From Octopus sinensis (lineage: Eukaryota): 64,000 bases of DNA. This document shows positions 25,386 to 39,731 of the stretch, one piece after another. The notes beneath the pieces are model-generated. The model saw only the letters and a list, made by a program, of their open reading frames with translations, did not search any database and was not told the origin of the DNA. The stretch is taken from assembly GCF_006345805.1 (NCBI RefSeq), contig NC_043000.1, positions 163,432,001-163,496,000 of the forward strand, given 5' to 3'. The translations under genes were made by a program, and so were the position numbers. The first letter of the stretch is position 1, and each line of letters begins with the position of its first letter.

Positions 25386-25520
25386 AATATATATTTATAT
25401 ATTTTATCAATTTCTCATTTCATTAAAATTTTCTTTCAATTTAGCATTCTGCATTTTTCCAATTTCCTTGCTTATCATTTCTCCACGTGCGGTCAACACA
25501 ACCCCACCATTTATTGATCG

Positions 25521-25643
<123 letters not shown>

Positions 25644-26251
25644 ACATCTGCACAAATGTATATATATTGATGTATATATATATACATGTATATATATATA
25701 TATATAGCTGTATATTATACATGTATATGTATAGATGTGTATATATATATATGTGTATATATATAGATATAGATGTATATGTATACATGTATATGTGTTG
25801 AGGTATATATATAGATGTACATGTAATATGTACACATATATACATGCATACATATATACACCTATACACGCACATACACACACACATATACATAGGTGCA
25901 GGTGTGGCTGTGTAGTAACAAACTTTGGCATGTGTCTTCTGCTATAGCCTCAGACCAACCAAAGCCTTGTGAGTGGATTTTGTAGACAGAAACTGAAGGT
26001 AATCAATCGTATATATATGTATGTATATATGCATGTGTATGTGTGTGTCTTTGTCTCTGTTTCTCCCTCATCACTGCTTCAGAACTGCTGTTCGTTTATT
26101 TACATCCCCATAACTTACTGGTTTGACAAGAAGAAACTGATAGAATAAGTACCAAGCTTATCAAAATAAAAAAAAGTACTAGGCAGTGTCTCATATTTTT
26201 GTTTGCCCATTCAGTTGTATCTATCAATCTATCTTTTTGTGTGTGTGTGCG

Positions 26252-26288
<37 letters not shown>

Positions 26289-26364
26289 ATATATATATAT
26301 TGATAAAAATGGTAAGACAACAAAAGAAAGAGACCTCGATATTATGTAAATAGAGGAATTTATC

Positions 26365-26584
26365 TGTAAATGTAATATGTGACAATTATTCGGTAGCCAT
26401 GATAAAACTCCGAGTTTCGGATGCCGAGGTGGAAATCCACGCCGCCATCTCTTCAGTTATCCGGCATCGGAAAAAATGCCTCTGATGGCCGGATAACTGA
26501 AGAGATGGCGGCGTGGTTTTCCACCCCGACATCCGAAACTCGGAGTTTTATCATGGCTACCGAATAATTGTCACATATTACATT

Positions 26585-26588
<4 letters not shown>
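26365..26588. repeat. Hairpin (~105-bp arms) with a hammerhead in each arm; the element extends left to ~26302
   Basis: Right arm 26492-26552: gataa CTGAAGA gatg...catc c GAAA ctc g gag TT ttatc. A mirror copy lies on the minus strand at ~26400-26461. Confidence 0.92.
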
Positions 26589-26623
<35 letters not shown>

Positions 26624-26659
26624 CACATACATACATGTATATATATGTGCATATTCATA

Positions 26660-28326
26660 TCTATTATATAAAAGTCAATGTCTTTATGTGCGTTCGTGTT
26701 TTATTCATACATTCGAAAACTACTACACCGATCCTGATGAAATTTGGAACACAAAATCCAAGCCTAGGGAGAAGAGTAATGCTGTGTGTTGCATACAATT
26801 TCACGGACCAAAATTATTGAATGGATCCTTATGTTATTTGGAACTTAGATTCAATGCATAAGGGTGGGTATAATGCAGTATATTCGGTTTGAATTTGAGA
26901 TGGCTTAAAGGGGGCAGAACCCCCATGAAAATTCATAAATTTTCGATGTTGATGAAATTTCAACCATGTGTTGACACACATCAAGAAACATTCTCAAAGT
27001 TTCCATTTCCCATGAGGATTCTAAGACCTCCTAGAGGGGACCTTAACTCCCAAATTTTAGTCATTTTTTTTTATGATCCAAAACTAGGTCAAAAGTACCG
27101 AATGGATCTTTATGAAATTTTAAAATTATATTCTATGCATAATGGCCATAACCCCCATGAAAATTCAAATATTTTTGCTGTTGATGAAATTTTAACCATA
27201 GATATTAGACACAAATGAAGTAATATTTCTAAATATTTCTAAATATTTCTTAGAAGTTAGAAAGACCCCTTCATGGGGACTTAACACCCACAATTTAGTT
27301 ATTTTATCTAAGCAAAGACGAATACACTTGGAAGCTGTAGGGTCACCCGAGCATAAAAAATGAGCGTTATTTGTAATTTAATCGTACAACAGTGTAAGAC
27401 TTTGCTTTGAGGTATACTTAGATTGTGATTTCTGCAATGTGATGCATAAATTGTCAAGTTAATGAGAGGCATCTATGCCTCTACGGATTCAGTTGCAAAG
27501 TGTTGAGTAAAATTATTTCATTGCAGACCTCCTTTGATTCTTTCTTACATCACTGGGTCATAAATAGTCCCCCGATGGTAGCAATGATTTCAAGGACCTC
27601 CCAGATGAGTGACTGGTTATTGAAAGACATTTATAGATAGTAAATTTATTCTGTCCAGTTACCTATCGGTATAGTGGTCAAACTCCAGCGGTGACATTTT
27701 CATTTTCCCTTAGCCCTCACGTCACACAGTTGTTAATGTTTGAGTTTGGTCACGCCCTTCCACTTATTATAGATCCGTAATGCATCATACGGCCGTGCCT
27801 GTCACCTGTATGATGAGGAATCCTACATTGGGGAGTAGTAACGACTAGGGTAGGGTAGCTGACTGCTTATTGTGATCATTCGTCGTTTGGTTTCCTGTAG
27901 CTTTGCTCGCTTTTACAAACCCAGTGAACATACATATATTTCCTATTTCAAAGAAATTCGAACAATATATATAAGGCCCAAGTTAAAAAGATACTCAACA
28001 ATTATACTTCTCTGGTTGACATTAAGACACCCACCCTAATAGTAGCCCTTAACTCCCACATTTTAGAGCTCCATCACCTCCATTTTTCAAGAGCAAAATC
28101 CTTTTAGCCGGTTCCATAAGACTGGAATTTTGGAATCTGCGCATAAGTATGGGATAAATGCGTCATGAATTGAATTTTTTAGGGTGTGTAACGAGGGGAT
28201 AAACCCTCATCTGCAATTTTGATGTAATTCGAATCATAGCCATTCCAGTTCATTAGAGAAAATATAACAGAAAAGTCTAATTCTTGAATTGCCTATAACA
28301 CGGGCAACGCCAGTTATCTCTGCTAG
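26660..28326 (+). mobile_element. Non-autonomous Helitron with internal subrepeats
   Basis: A|TCTATTATATAAAAG...aactactacaccgatcctgatgaaattt 5' end; 3' end cgggcaacgccagttatctctgCTAG|T; AT target; diverged internal repeat at ~26815-27065 vs ~27095-27310. Confidence 0.8.
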
Positions 28327-28349
28327 TTTAAAATATTTCAGCAGATGAA

Positions 28350-28742
28350 GGTGGTGAGCTGGCAGAAACGTTAGCACGCCGGGCGAAATGTTCAGCGGTA
28401 TTTCATCTACCGCTACGTTCTGAGTTCAAATTCCGCCGAGGTCGACTTTGCCTTTCATCCTTTCGGGGTCGATAAATTAAGTACCAGTTACGCACTGGGG
28501 TCGATGTAATCGACTTAATCCGTTTTTCTGTCCTTGTTTGTCCGCTCTGTGTTTAGCCCCTTGTGGGTAGTAAAGAAATAGGTATTTCATCTGTCTTTAC
28601 GTTCTGAGTTCAAATTCTGCCAAGGTCGACTTTACATTTCATCCATTTGGGATCGATAAATTAAGTATCAGTTACGTATTGGGGTCGAATCGACTGGCCC
28701 CCTCCCCCAAAATTTCGGGCCTTGTACCTAGAGTAGAAAAGG
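28350..28742 (+). mobile_element. SINE family A, full dimeric copy
   Basis: Pol III A box (tggcagaaacgttag) and B box (gagttcaaattcc); Meta-like domain gcctttcatcctttcggggtcgataaattaagtacc, present twice. Confidence 0.9.
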
Positions 28743-29537
28743 ATATTTCAGCAGATAAAAGGTGAAAGTATTTAAAATTAAAACATTTTATATATCTCAT
28801 TTTTCCAGATGATACAACTGTACAAAAACCTACAAACATATGCACGCACGTACGTACATATATACAAACACACACGCACACAAACACACGCACATACGCA
28901 CACATGTGTACCTTACATGACAAAAAATCTCTAACTCGAATCAATGTCAAAATATAGTATACAGAAAATACAGTATTTTGAAGATGAACATTTCGCTTAT
29001 GACGTCACATATTGCTGAAAAGTGTCAATGAAACTAGATTTAATGAAGATGTAAATATTATGTTATATGAAAACTAAGTAAGCCAAGAATAACCCAGATT
29101 TATACAGGGTAGTATTTTTAATTAGGGTGTGTTATTTCGTTTTACTTCTATTAGTATCTGGTTATCAATTCTCTTGGTACATTTTACCCCATCATCTGTT
29201 CGTGAAGGTGGATAATTTCTCCTGATAAGTATGTTGGTTTTTAGTTCATGAAGTCGTAGGTATTTTTATCAGACACTTTTGTACAAATCCTTCTCGCTAA
29301 GTTGAAATTTATTTTAATTGAAAGGTATTTTTATTATACATCCGATTTAAAAACACTGCCCAATATATTTACCCACAACCATGGAAAAAATAAGGCATAT
29401 AGCACAGTTATTCAAAATTGACCTAATCTCAATAGATGACAAATATATAAGTCCCAGGAAATAAAGAAAATAGAATACCAATTGTAGAAGTTACAGGGAC
29501 ATGAAATAAAACAACATAATCCATTAATATAATGATA

Positions 29538-29755
29538 CGAGGAAGTACTGAAAAGTTCCTGGCTTTGCGGGTGTTGCGAAAGGTCTGGTTGGAGGCCCAA
29601 ACTTCCGAGGTCTTTTACAGGGTTTAGAAAAACTGAAGGACCGCTGCAATAAGTGTGTAGATCTGAGAGGGGAATACGTTGGATAAAATCATAATTAATG
29701 GATCATCCTGTATTTTCTTTTTACCCACAGCCAGGAACTTCTTAGTACCCCTTTG
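29538..29755 (+). mobile_element. Internally deleted mariner (MITE-like)
   Basis: TIRs cgaggaagtactgaaaagttcctggct / agccaggaacttcttagtacccctttg, TA-flanked; retains the C-terminus GLEKLKDRCNKCVDLRGEYV. Confidence 0.85.
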
Positions 29756-31592
29756 TACAAGTATATAAAAATTACTCAAACGTAGTAGAATATAGGCTGT
29801 ATGGATGTAACATTTGTATAAATTCATCAAAGACTGAAAATGCCATTAGCGACATTCTTTACTCAAAGCCACAACAGTAGTGGATATGGAGCGTCTTGTT
29901 TAATTCTACAGTAATGTCTCGATATACATGTTAATCCGTTCCCGAAGATCGCTCATAAAGCGAAAACTCATAAAGCAGAGCAATAATTTCCTATAGTAGC
30001 AATGTTATAAATCATAATTTGCTCCCAGAAAAATATTTTACCTATAAAATTTATAATACTCGTAAATGAATGGCAACAAAATATTAGAAGAATGTAAAGA
30101 ATATTTCATATGTGTATATAGGGAATAATGATAGATCCTGTATGGTATTAATGATCGAATGATCACTATTAGCTGGAAAATCGAACCAGAGCTATCTGAG
30201 CTTAGCGTCCTAGTTCGTTATTAATACTAATTTGATTAAATAGATAATGGGTTGTTGCTAAGCAGTCAAAATCCCGATATTGAACTTTAAAAGTTGAATG
30301 AATGCCTTTCATCCTAGGTTTGTACGAACACGGTCAACCGAGGACTAAACAACAATAGCATAGAATGGAAAAAATAGTAGAATTCGACTGAAAATTTTAT
30401 ATGCATTGAATTGGAGCTGACAACATGGCAGTATATTTTACAAACTACTCTCAGAACGTCTTCCAGTATCTCACAAAACGAACGTATGCATTTTTACTTT
30501 CCAGAAAGCAGTTCAGAGTTTTTTTTGGCGAGGTTTCATGTTAAATATTTAAATTTCTACTTTTTGATAACAAAATGAAATAAAGAAAACCGTCGAATAA
30601 AAAAACAACATTAGGAACCTAATTTTTTTACTGTAATGAAAAAAAATCACCCTACTACAAAGTAGTACAAAGAAATGTATCAGAGTTATAGAAAAACTCA
30701 ACATTAACCAGATTAACCAGACTTATGGGCGTCTCTTCAACTTTACATGTATCAAAGAAATGTTGCGACCCCAATACAATTATGTATGCATGCGCAAGTA
30801 GTTGTCCCTCTATCTCTCTGTCTGTCTGTCTATCTATCTTTCTATCTATCTATCCATCTACCTATTTGTGTGTGTGTGTGTATATATTTTTTTTTTCACG
30901 CACATGGAGGGTAAGTGTGTGTGTGTGTTTGCTAGTAATTAATGGATTGAGTAGATGAAATAATCTGCTAGCGTCAGTTGGTAAGTCTTATAAACTAAGC
31001 GTTTATAATAAGCATTGATAAGTAAACAAAGTTATAAGCAGTGACAGGAGCCCTATTGTCAGTGCTACATTGACTGCTATAGGTGGCGTCATTAGCTTAA
31101 AAGACTCCAGACGAGACGAGATTAGGACGTACGACAGAATCCTATTATACGTCCATAAAACAGACACAACAGGACACATTAGTGGCAAAAAAATATATTA
31201 AATAAAACACCTGCCATCCTGTTAGAAATGCTTAGCTACACATGGCAACAGTGTCCAGCTGACCTTTCACCCCAAAGGAGCTCTCGCTTCGTTGACATTT
31301 CCTTGACCACTTGTAATTGAAATTCAATATTCTGTTTCAGTAATACTCCGGTTAATTCAATCAACCTTATATCCTGACCTAACGTGAAATTCATTACACA
31401 GTCTCTTGGACTGCTAGAGATAGTAGCAACATTTTCTCAACCTTTTTTTTTTCTTTGCCTATAGACTCCTTTGATTAGTTTTACTCTTCTAGACCCTTAT
31501 ACTCATTCAATGTTTTAAAATATAATCTTTTATTTTCATAAATATCATTAAGAAATTTATTTAAAAAAATTGTTAAAGTATTTTGTGTATAA

Positions 31593-31801
31593 CTCTTTTA
31601 CTCTCTCTTTTACTTGTTTCAGTCATTTGACTGTGGTCATGCTGGAGCACCGCCTTTAGTCGTGCAAATCAACCCCAGGACTTATTCTTTGTGAGCCTAG
31701 TACTTATTCTATCGGTCTCTTTTGCCGAACCGCTAAGTTACGGGGATGTAAACACACCAGCATCGGTTGTCAAGCGATGTTCGGGGGACAATCAGAGACA
31801 A

Positions 31802-31838
<37 letters not shown>

Positions 31839-31992
31839 CATATATACGACGAGCTTCTTTCAGTTTCCGTCTACCAAATCCACTCACAAGGCTTTAATCG
31901 GCCTCACTTGCTCAAGGTGCCATGCAGTGGGAATGAACTCGGAACCATGTGGTTGCTAAGTAAGCTACTTACCACACAGCCACTCCTGCGCC
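31593..31992 (-). mobile_element. SINE family B, full copy
   Basis: Reverse complement of the 33038-33480 type. Confidence 0.9.
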
Positions 31993-32688
31993 TATTGTAG
32001 AAGTATAAGTTTATTGCGCATGAATTTCAACAGCAAAATCTTATCGCTTGTAGAACGGTTATGGCTTATGGAACGCTTTAGACAATAGCCTTGCTCAGTC
32101 ACACCAAACTTTATCGATCTAATTTTCGTTCCTCTATGTGATTTCTCGTTTTTCTAGAAAAAAACAATGGAATTTTTTAAAAATCAAATTCTACTGTTAC
32201 AAATAACGACATCTTCTTTGTATAATGTAGTCCTGTAAATAAAAAGCAAAAAGTTATTGGGTAAATACAGTTAGATCGTTAGAATTTAAAGACATTTATA
32301 AAGCTTCTACAGTGAAGAAGCTTTACAAAGTGTGCTCAATATCTCGGTAGATTTGTCTTTCGCCGATGTATTTACATTGAGGATGATTCTTAAATGAATA
32401 TTTAAAATTATTGCTGCTTTTTCTGCGTATGATAGACATATATGTATGTATGTGTGTATGTATGTATGCATGTATGTACGTATGTATGTATGTATGTATG
32501 TATGTATGTATGTATGTTGTATGTATGTATGTATGTATGTATGTATGTATGTATGTATGTTTGTATGTATGTATGTATGTGTGTATGTATGTTTGTATGT
32601 GTGTATGTATGTACGTATGTATGTATGTATGTATGTATGTATGTATGTATGTATGTGTATGTATGTATGTTTGTATGTATGTATGTCT

Positions 32689-32988
32689 GGAGGCGCATGG
32701 TTTAGTAGTTAAGGTGTTGCACTCACGATTGCGAGATCGTGGGTTCGATTCCCAGACCGGAGTGTTGCGTTGTGTTCTTGAGCAAAGCACTTCATTTCAC
32801 GTTGCTCTGCAACCATTTCATCTGACATGTGGCATGTGGGGAACCTGTGCAGGTAACGTCGATTTGATGAAGAGAGTGAGCTTACGTGAATACAAACATT
32901 TGATCACTTAAACAAGTCATTTGTGTGGTTGTTCACCGAGACAGTGCCGAACCCACGTACGTCGTATAACGACGGCAGAGTCCATTAT
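32689..32988 (+). mobile_element. tRNA-derived SINE family C
   Basis: A box tggtttagtagttaagg and B box ggttcgattccc; head shared with the 44220-44560 copy. Confidence 0.8.
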
Positions 32989-33037
32989 GTATCTATATAC
33001 CCACACATGGTTGTTCCTGAAAAATATTCAACATATA

Positions 33038-33208
33038 GGTGTAGGAGTGGCTGTGTGGTAAGTAGCTTGCTTACCAACCACATGGTTCCGGGTTCAGTCC
33101 CACTGCGTGGCATCTTGGGCAAGTGTTTTCTACTATAGCCTCGGGCCGACCAAAGCCTTGTGAGTGGATTTGGTAGACGGAAACTGAAAGAAGCCCGTCG
33201 TATATATG

Positions 33209-33286
<78 letters not shown>

Positions 33287-33480
33287 TCCCCCTAGCATTG
33301 CTTGACAACCGATGCTGGTGTGTTTATGTCCCTGTCACTTAGTGGTTCGGCAAAAGAACCAATAGAATAAGTACTGGGGTTACAAAGAATAAGTCCCGGG
33401 GGTCGAGTTGCTCGATTAAAGGCGGTGCTCCAGCATGGCCGCAGTCAGTTGACTGAAACAAGTAAAAGAGTAAAAGAGTA
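33038..33480 (+). mobile_element. SINE family B, full copy with internal (TA)n(TG)n and (GTAAAAGA)n tail; further copies at ~25894-26180, 38320-38370, 38640-38740, 50004-50640 and 51320-51480
   Basis: tRNA-like head gtggctgtgtggtaag...gggttcagtccc; conserved body gtgagtggatttggtagacggaaactgaaagaagcccgtc. Confidence 0.9.
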
Positions 33481-33890
33481 ACAATATAGTAATTATCAAG
33501 AACAATATTGTATAATGATATACGAATATAAACTCAGCGACTTAAAGCTGGTGTGTGGTGCAGAAACAAATGCTTTGATCTACATTATAACATCCTCGTG
33601 GTATATCATTCTGATATTATACATTAGGTACGCATCATAACTTAGGTATATAGTTCTACAATATATCTATGTTCTACAATACGCTTATGTGTAGGAATTG
33701 AAGAAAAGAGCACTCTTTATATTGTGCAGAGAATATATTTATCAATACAGTTGATGGATCTCTAGAATATTACTTAAAGGTTCACGCTTATATAAAATAT
33801 GAATGTAAACTTCAGATACCAATCATATATGCGTGAGTGTGTGTACATGTAAGTCATGAGCATTTGTGTGTGTGTGTGTGTTGTGTGTGT

Positions 33891-33984
<94 letters not shown>

Positions 33985-34392
33985 CCATGTTTGTGTGTAA
34001 GCGTAGACATATTGCACGCTACTAAATGTTATATCTTTTCTGCCTTGCAGGGGTTAGTTTTTCTGGTCTATGTACGAAAGTTAGAATTTCGAAAATTCTG
34101 CACCGGAAATTTTATTTACTTATTTATTTAATTATTTGTACTTACTATTTTATATACTGTTTTTTATTCTCATCTTTTCATTTATTTTTATTTTACTTCG
34201 GTTTCGAAACTCAAGTGGTGCAGAGATATACTCAACCGACCACCACGTTTTATATTATTTACCTACTTAAATTCATATAAACATACATAACACACACACA
34301 CAAATACACACATAGGTACATACACATGTATGTTTATACCTACGTATATATTTGTATAAATGTGTGTGCGAATGTACGTATGTATCTATATA

Positions 34393-34457
<65 letters not shown>

Positions 34458-34863
34458 TGTGTGGTGTGTGTGTGTGTATGTATGTATGTATGTATGAATG
34501 TATGTATGTATGTATGTATGTAATGTATGTATGTATGTATGTATGTATTGCAAAGAATGTAAACCAGCTTATTCCTCCAACGCGTCTTGCTGTGGCCCCA
34601 ATGAAACAGAGCTTCGGCATGGAGAGTGATGTAAATATTTGTATAGGCCGCTTGGATATAAGAAAAATATTATTTTGGACTCTTAGTACCAACTCCTGGT
34701 GTCAAGGTAGAAAGCTTCAAGCCAGAAATCTAAAGCAAGAAAACTGCTTTGACAATCGTAGAAATACAATATATATATATATATATATAATAATATATAT
34801 ATAATATATATAATATATATATATATATATGAATACACACACATATATATATATATATATATA

Positions 34864-34943
<80 letters not shown>

Positions 34944-35236
34944 TTCCAAGACGTAAAGCAAAAATAGGTGAATGCCTTGTTCTCTTTGAAATATTTTTAA
35001 CTTTCGGGACGAATATCCAACTCTGTGTGATTGTGAGTGCGTGGAGAGAGGGTATACGTGTGTATAACAAGTAAGCTTGTTTTCCCGTGAATGTATGTAT
35101 CTATATGTGTTTATATGTAAAATTCTTGATAGTTGTGATGGCAGTAGTGTTATAATTGGTTGTTATAATTGTTCTAGTCATTTTCATGATGCTGAAATTT
35201 CTGATACCACAGGTATTTACTTCTCGCTACAGGGGC

Positions 35237-35269
<33 letters not shown>

Positions 35270-35289
35270 TATAATATATATATATACTA

Positions 35290-35336
<47 letters not shown>

Positions 35337-35371
35337 TATAATATATATATATATATATATCTATATATATC

Positions 35372-36730
35372 GTATTCGTATTTGGGTTGCAAGATTCTTT
35401 ATATGAATTCATGTGTTGAAAGAAATACCATTGAACATTGGGAAGGGCTTTATACCGGTAATAATAAACACACGCACTGGTTCGGTCATTTATTGTTATA
35501 ACTCATATATTAAACACTTGGTTCAAACAGTTAATCAATAGTTCAAATATTCAGTATTGTTCGTATTATCATTTCAATTATTATTATTTTTTTTATTGTT
35601 TTGTCAAATAATTATTTCATCGCATTGTTGCAATCTCTTCAGTGATACGTCTCTCTACCTCCATTTCTTTTAAACATATTTTCCAGCGTTGGGATTTTTC
35701 CGAGATCTGTCCGAGATGAGTATGTGAATATGTCAGTATGTCTGCCTGTTCATAAGAAAGCGTGTGCGTCCTTATGTTCTGTGTGTTTTTTAATTACTGA
35801 CTTGTGTCATTTTTCATAGGCATAAGATGGCGGTTTTCGTTTTCTCTTTGTTCTCTTCGCGAACGCAGACGTTCATTGGTGTTTCTCTGAAAGACAGTTA
35901 AACTGTCTTCTTTGTTTGATAAATGTTGAATAAATTGATATCTATCAGTGCGTGAGTACGAGCATGCGTATGCATACGCATGTATTCGTGTATGTATTGG
36001 AAGGCATGTGTTTATGTGTCCGTGTGTGTGTGAGCGTGCGTCTGTGTCTCAGTGTGTCTTTATGTGTGTGTGTCCGTATGTGTGTGTGTGTGCTCGTGTG
36101 CATGTGAGTGCGTTCGTATGTGTGTGAGTTCCTGTGTATTTGTGTGTACGTGTATACTTCTGTATGTATCTTTCCGTGTGTGTGCGTATGTGTGTCCGTC
36201 CCTGTGGGCGTGAAGGCATGACTATGTCCTTGTTTGTCTTTGCATGTGTATGTGTGTGTGTGTGTGTGTTTATGTCCGCTTGTGTGTGTGCGTATATTTG
36301 TATATGTGTATGTGTATTCGTGGGTCTTTGTAAGGCCTTGCTTATTGAGAGTATTTACTATTCAAAACCGGTCGTGTTTCGTTTATGAAGACTGACTCTC
36401 GTATCTGTCGTAGCGATGTGTCATCCGAGTGTCTAGACAGGATTTCTATGCTAATCCGGTTCAGCACACCACCATGTTGTTCTTTGGCATGCTGGTAGAG
36501 TATCGAGGATTGTCTTTGATCCCTGTACTCCCTCCAATATACATTTATGCGTTCGGTCAAACTTCTCGCTGTTTCACCTCTGTATGCAGTCTGCCAGTTT
36601 TTTCAATCAGCATCCATGCAGTTTATTCGGTAAACTATATTTCTGGTTTTGCAGTTGACGTCAGGGCTATATTTGCACACTACATAGTTATGGGTATGCG
36701 ACAGGAAGTCCAAACTCAATTTAGTTTCTA
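35372..36730 (-). mobile_element. Penelope-like element 3' remnant (GIY-YIG, (CA)-rich 3' region, hammerhead)
   Basis: Minus strand: NCKTRNIVYRINC...AYRGETARSLTERI...LYQHAKEQH...RQIRESVFI...PVLNSK. Hammerhead at 35648-35603: tca CTGAAGA g attgca acaa tgcgat GAAA taatta TT tga. Confidence 0.85.
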
Positions 36731-37083
36731 TCTTTTAGTGCGGGAGTGAGGAAGAGAACAAAATATGTGGAATTTCTCTGCATGGCATCACACTATCTTC
36801 ACTCATTTTAAACGTTCATAATGTCCAAAATAGCTCGTTTCATCACAACAATTGCCTTTTATGGCTGGATCTATATTAAATTCGAAATTGTCTTACAACG
36901 TCGATGACAGCATTTGTGTGTCGATACAGATAAGTTTTAAGTATAATGTAATTCATCAAAATAGCTATGTATCTCTTAGACTATGTGATTGACATACTAT
37001 GAGGAGTCGTTAACTATTGTTTATTTCAAAACTGACTACATGTAGAATTCAATAACGAGTTTTGTATATGTCAGCTTGTACGT

Positions 37084-37126
<43 letters not shown>

Positions 37127-37263
37127 TGTGTGTGTGACTTTATATGAAGAAACATGCACAGAATATGTGTGCACGTGTAGTTTTACGCATTTAATTGTGA
37201 TTATACATGCATGTATATGCGTGCGTTTGTCTACATATACATATACGGATACGTGTACATATG

Positions 37264-37369
<106 letters not shown>

Positions 37370-37388
37370 TATATATATATATATATAT

Positions 37389-37835
37389 AAGATTTGCATT
37401 GAAGAGCAGCAAAAGAGTGAAGTCCTATATTCTGCAAGAATTCCAAGAAATATTCATGACATTTGAGGAGAGTTGTTTCATAAACTTCAATATATCATTG
37501 CTAGTCACTAGTAGCGAACGGGTTCCGGTAGTTCGGAAAAAGAACTCGGTAAGCTAGTCATGAATAAGCTCACAAAAACACAGATAATACATATATATGT
37601 GTGTCTGTGTAGATAAACATACACACATATATATGTATTATCTGTGTTTTTGTGAGCTTATTCATGACTAGCTTACCGAGTTCTTTTTCCGAACTACCGG
37701 AACCCGTTCGCTACTCGTGACTAGCAATGATATATTGAAGTTTATGAAACAACTCTCCTCAAATGTCATGAATATTTCTTGGAATTCTTGCAGAATATAG
37801 GACTTCACTCTTTTGCTGCTCTTCAATGCAAATCT
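37389..37835. repeat. Near-perfect fold-back palindrome (~215-bp arms, one mismatch)
   Basis: aagatttgcattgaagagc...gataatacatatatatgtgtgt / acacacatatatatgtattatc...gctcttcaatgcaaatctt. Confidence 0.95.
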
Positions 37836-37975
37836 TTCAACACCAATATCTTTCAGTCTTCAAGGTAGCAGTCCGAGTGTTGTGACCAATGCACCAATTA
37901 CCAAATGAATAATCAGTTTTAATTTTCTACAATAATAACTCTCAGACAAGGCCCTGATATTTCTTCAATTTTTCT
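37635..37975 (-). mobile_element. Old RLE-type LINE 3' end
   Basis: Minus-strand fragments KLKKYQGL...LVIGAL...LKDIGV...QKS.VL.SARI.R resemble the RLE C-terminus K.EKY.DL...PVVIGALG...QK..LL.TARILR. Confidence 0.55.
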
Positions 37976-38501
37976 TTTGTATTGTTATAATTACTGTTGT
38001 TGTTATCATTATAATTTATCATAAAAGAAATCATCATCATCAATTAGCAGGAATATATTCTTGAGATTCGGTGACAACGTCTCCTAATTCGACATTCTGT
38101 TTAACGCCACCATCAAATTCTTGGATGTGTTTAACGGAGTATCGTCTCTTGTAAGTGCGTGGGCCTAGTCTCTCGTTTTACGGATACGATCCCCGCTCTC
38201 TGTCTGGGGTTAAGAAGGCCGTGTAAAGATATCTAACAAAAAGTAAGTCTTAAACAGAAGATTTTCATTGCACAGTTCTGTAAACTTTGTGCGCGTAGTT
38301 TTCGTTTGCTTTTATCGCTTATCTTTTACTTGTTTCGGTCATTAGACCGTGGCCATGCTGGGGCACCGCCTTATGTTTACGAGTATATTGAAAGTACGTT
38401 CTATAATATATATGCAATGCACAGAATGCTTTGTGTGTGTGTGAGTTTGTGTCAGTGCTTGTGTTTAAGTGTGTATGTATATGTCGGTAAATGTGTGTGT
38501 G

Positions 38502-38582
<81 letters not shown>

Positions 38583-38980
38583 TAGATAGATTTACATACA
38601 TAAATTCATGTATACGTACACAAGTTTACGTACAAATATGGCGTGGGCGTGGTTTCGAGTTCAGTTCTACTATTTAGCACCTTAGGCAGGTGCCTTCTAC
38701 TATAGCCACGGACCAGCCAAGACGTTGTTAGGGAATTTTGTTCAGTCACTTTTCATTTCCTAGTTTTAAAGGTCTGCCTATAGAGGAGATATAAATTTAT
38801 GTTAAGTACGAAAATTAATTATTTGTTAATTGCGTTATAAATGGTTAAAATACTATTTTGCGGTACTAATAAGATTGATGCATAAAATATTTTGTCTATG
38901 AATATGCACAGATTGAAGTCTGTAAGAATCCTTTTGCACGCGCAAAATATTTTCTTTTCAAATGTAGTGCTTTTTCTAGA

Positions 38981-39075
<95 letters not shown>

Positions 39076-39088
39076 TACAGATAGACAA

Positions 39089-39177
<89 letters not shown>

Positions 39178-39187
39178 TAGATAGATA

Positions 39188-39255
39188 GTTTCGGAATTAG
39201 GTTGGCATAAAGAATATAGAATTATACTTTACCAATCATTTTCCTCATCAGCATG
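39188..39255 (-). ncRNA. Hammerhead motif truncated just after GAAAC by a (GATA)n tract
   Basis: CTGATGA ggaa...ttggtaaag...ctttatgccaa...ttcc GAAAC, then (TATC)n. Confidence 0.6.
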
Positions 39256-39494
39256 GCATTCCTCAATAATTCGAGGGTACTGGAATAATTGAATATATCT
39301 CTCCACCGAACGGTATCAGACAGATCATATTCAGTGTTAGTACCGCCGAATTCAAAATATGAATGAGGTTCGCTTAGCTTCCTAAGTTTCTAAACTTCGG
39401 TATGTGGTAAAGAAAATCTTTGCTGAACCCTTATTAATAAGTATATATATATATAATTGCTAGATAGATAGATAGATAGATATAAATGGTGTGT

Positions 39495-39534
<40 letters not shown>

Positions 39535-39543
39535 ATATGTATA

Positions 39544-39618
<75 letters not shown>

Positions 39619-39688
39619 ATTTCAGGATGGTCATTTTATACGCACACACGCACACGCGCGCGCACAAAAACATACACATGCATACATA

Positions 39689-39724
<36 letters not shown>

Positions 39725-39731
39725 CACATAT

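Larger units (their letters stand above)
23829..25390 (+). mobile_element. 5'-truncated Penelope-like retroelement (RT thumb, Cys-rich linker, GIY-YIG, 3' pLTR with hammerhead)
   Basis: ITDIYHKPTDSQQYLLFSSCHPKH at ~23838-23912; GIY-YIG ORF 24171-24695; inserted in (TA)n. Confidence 0.92.
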
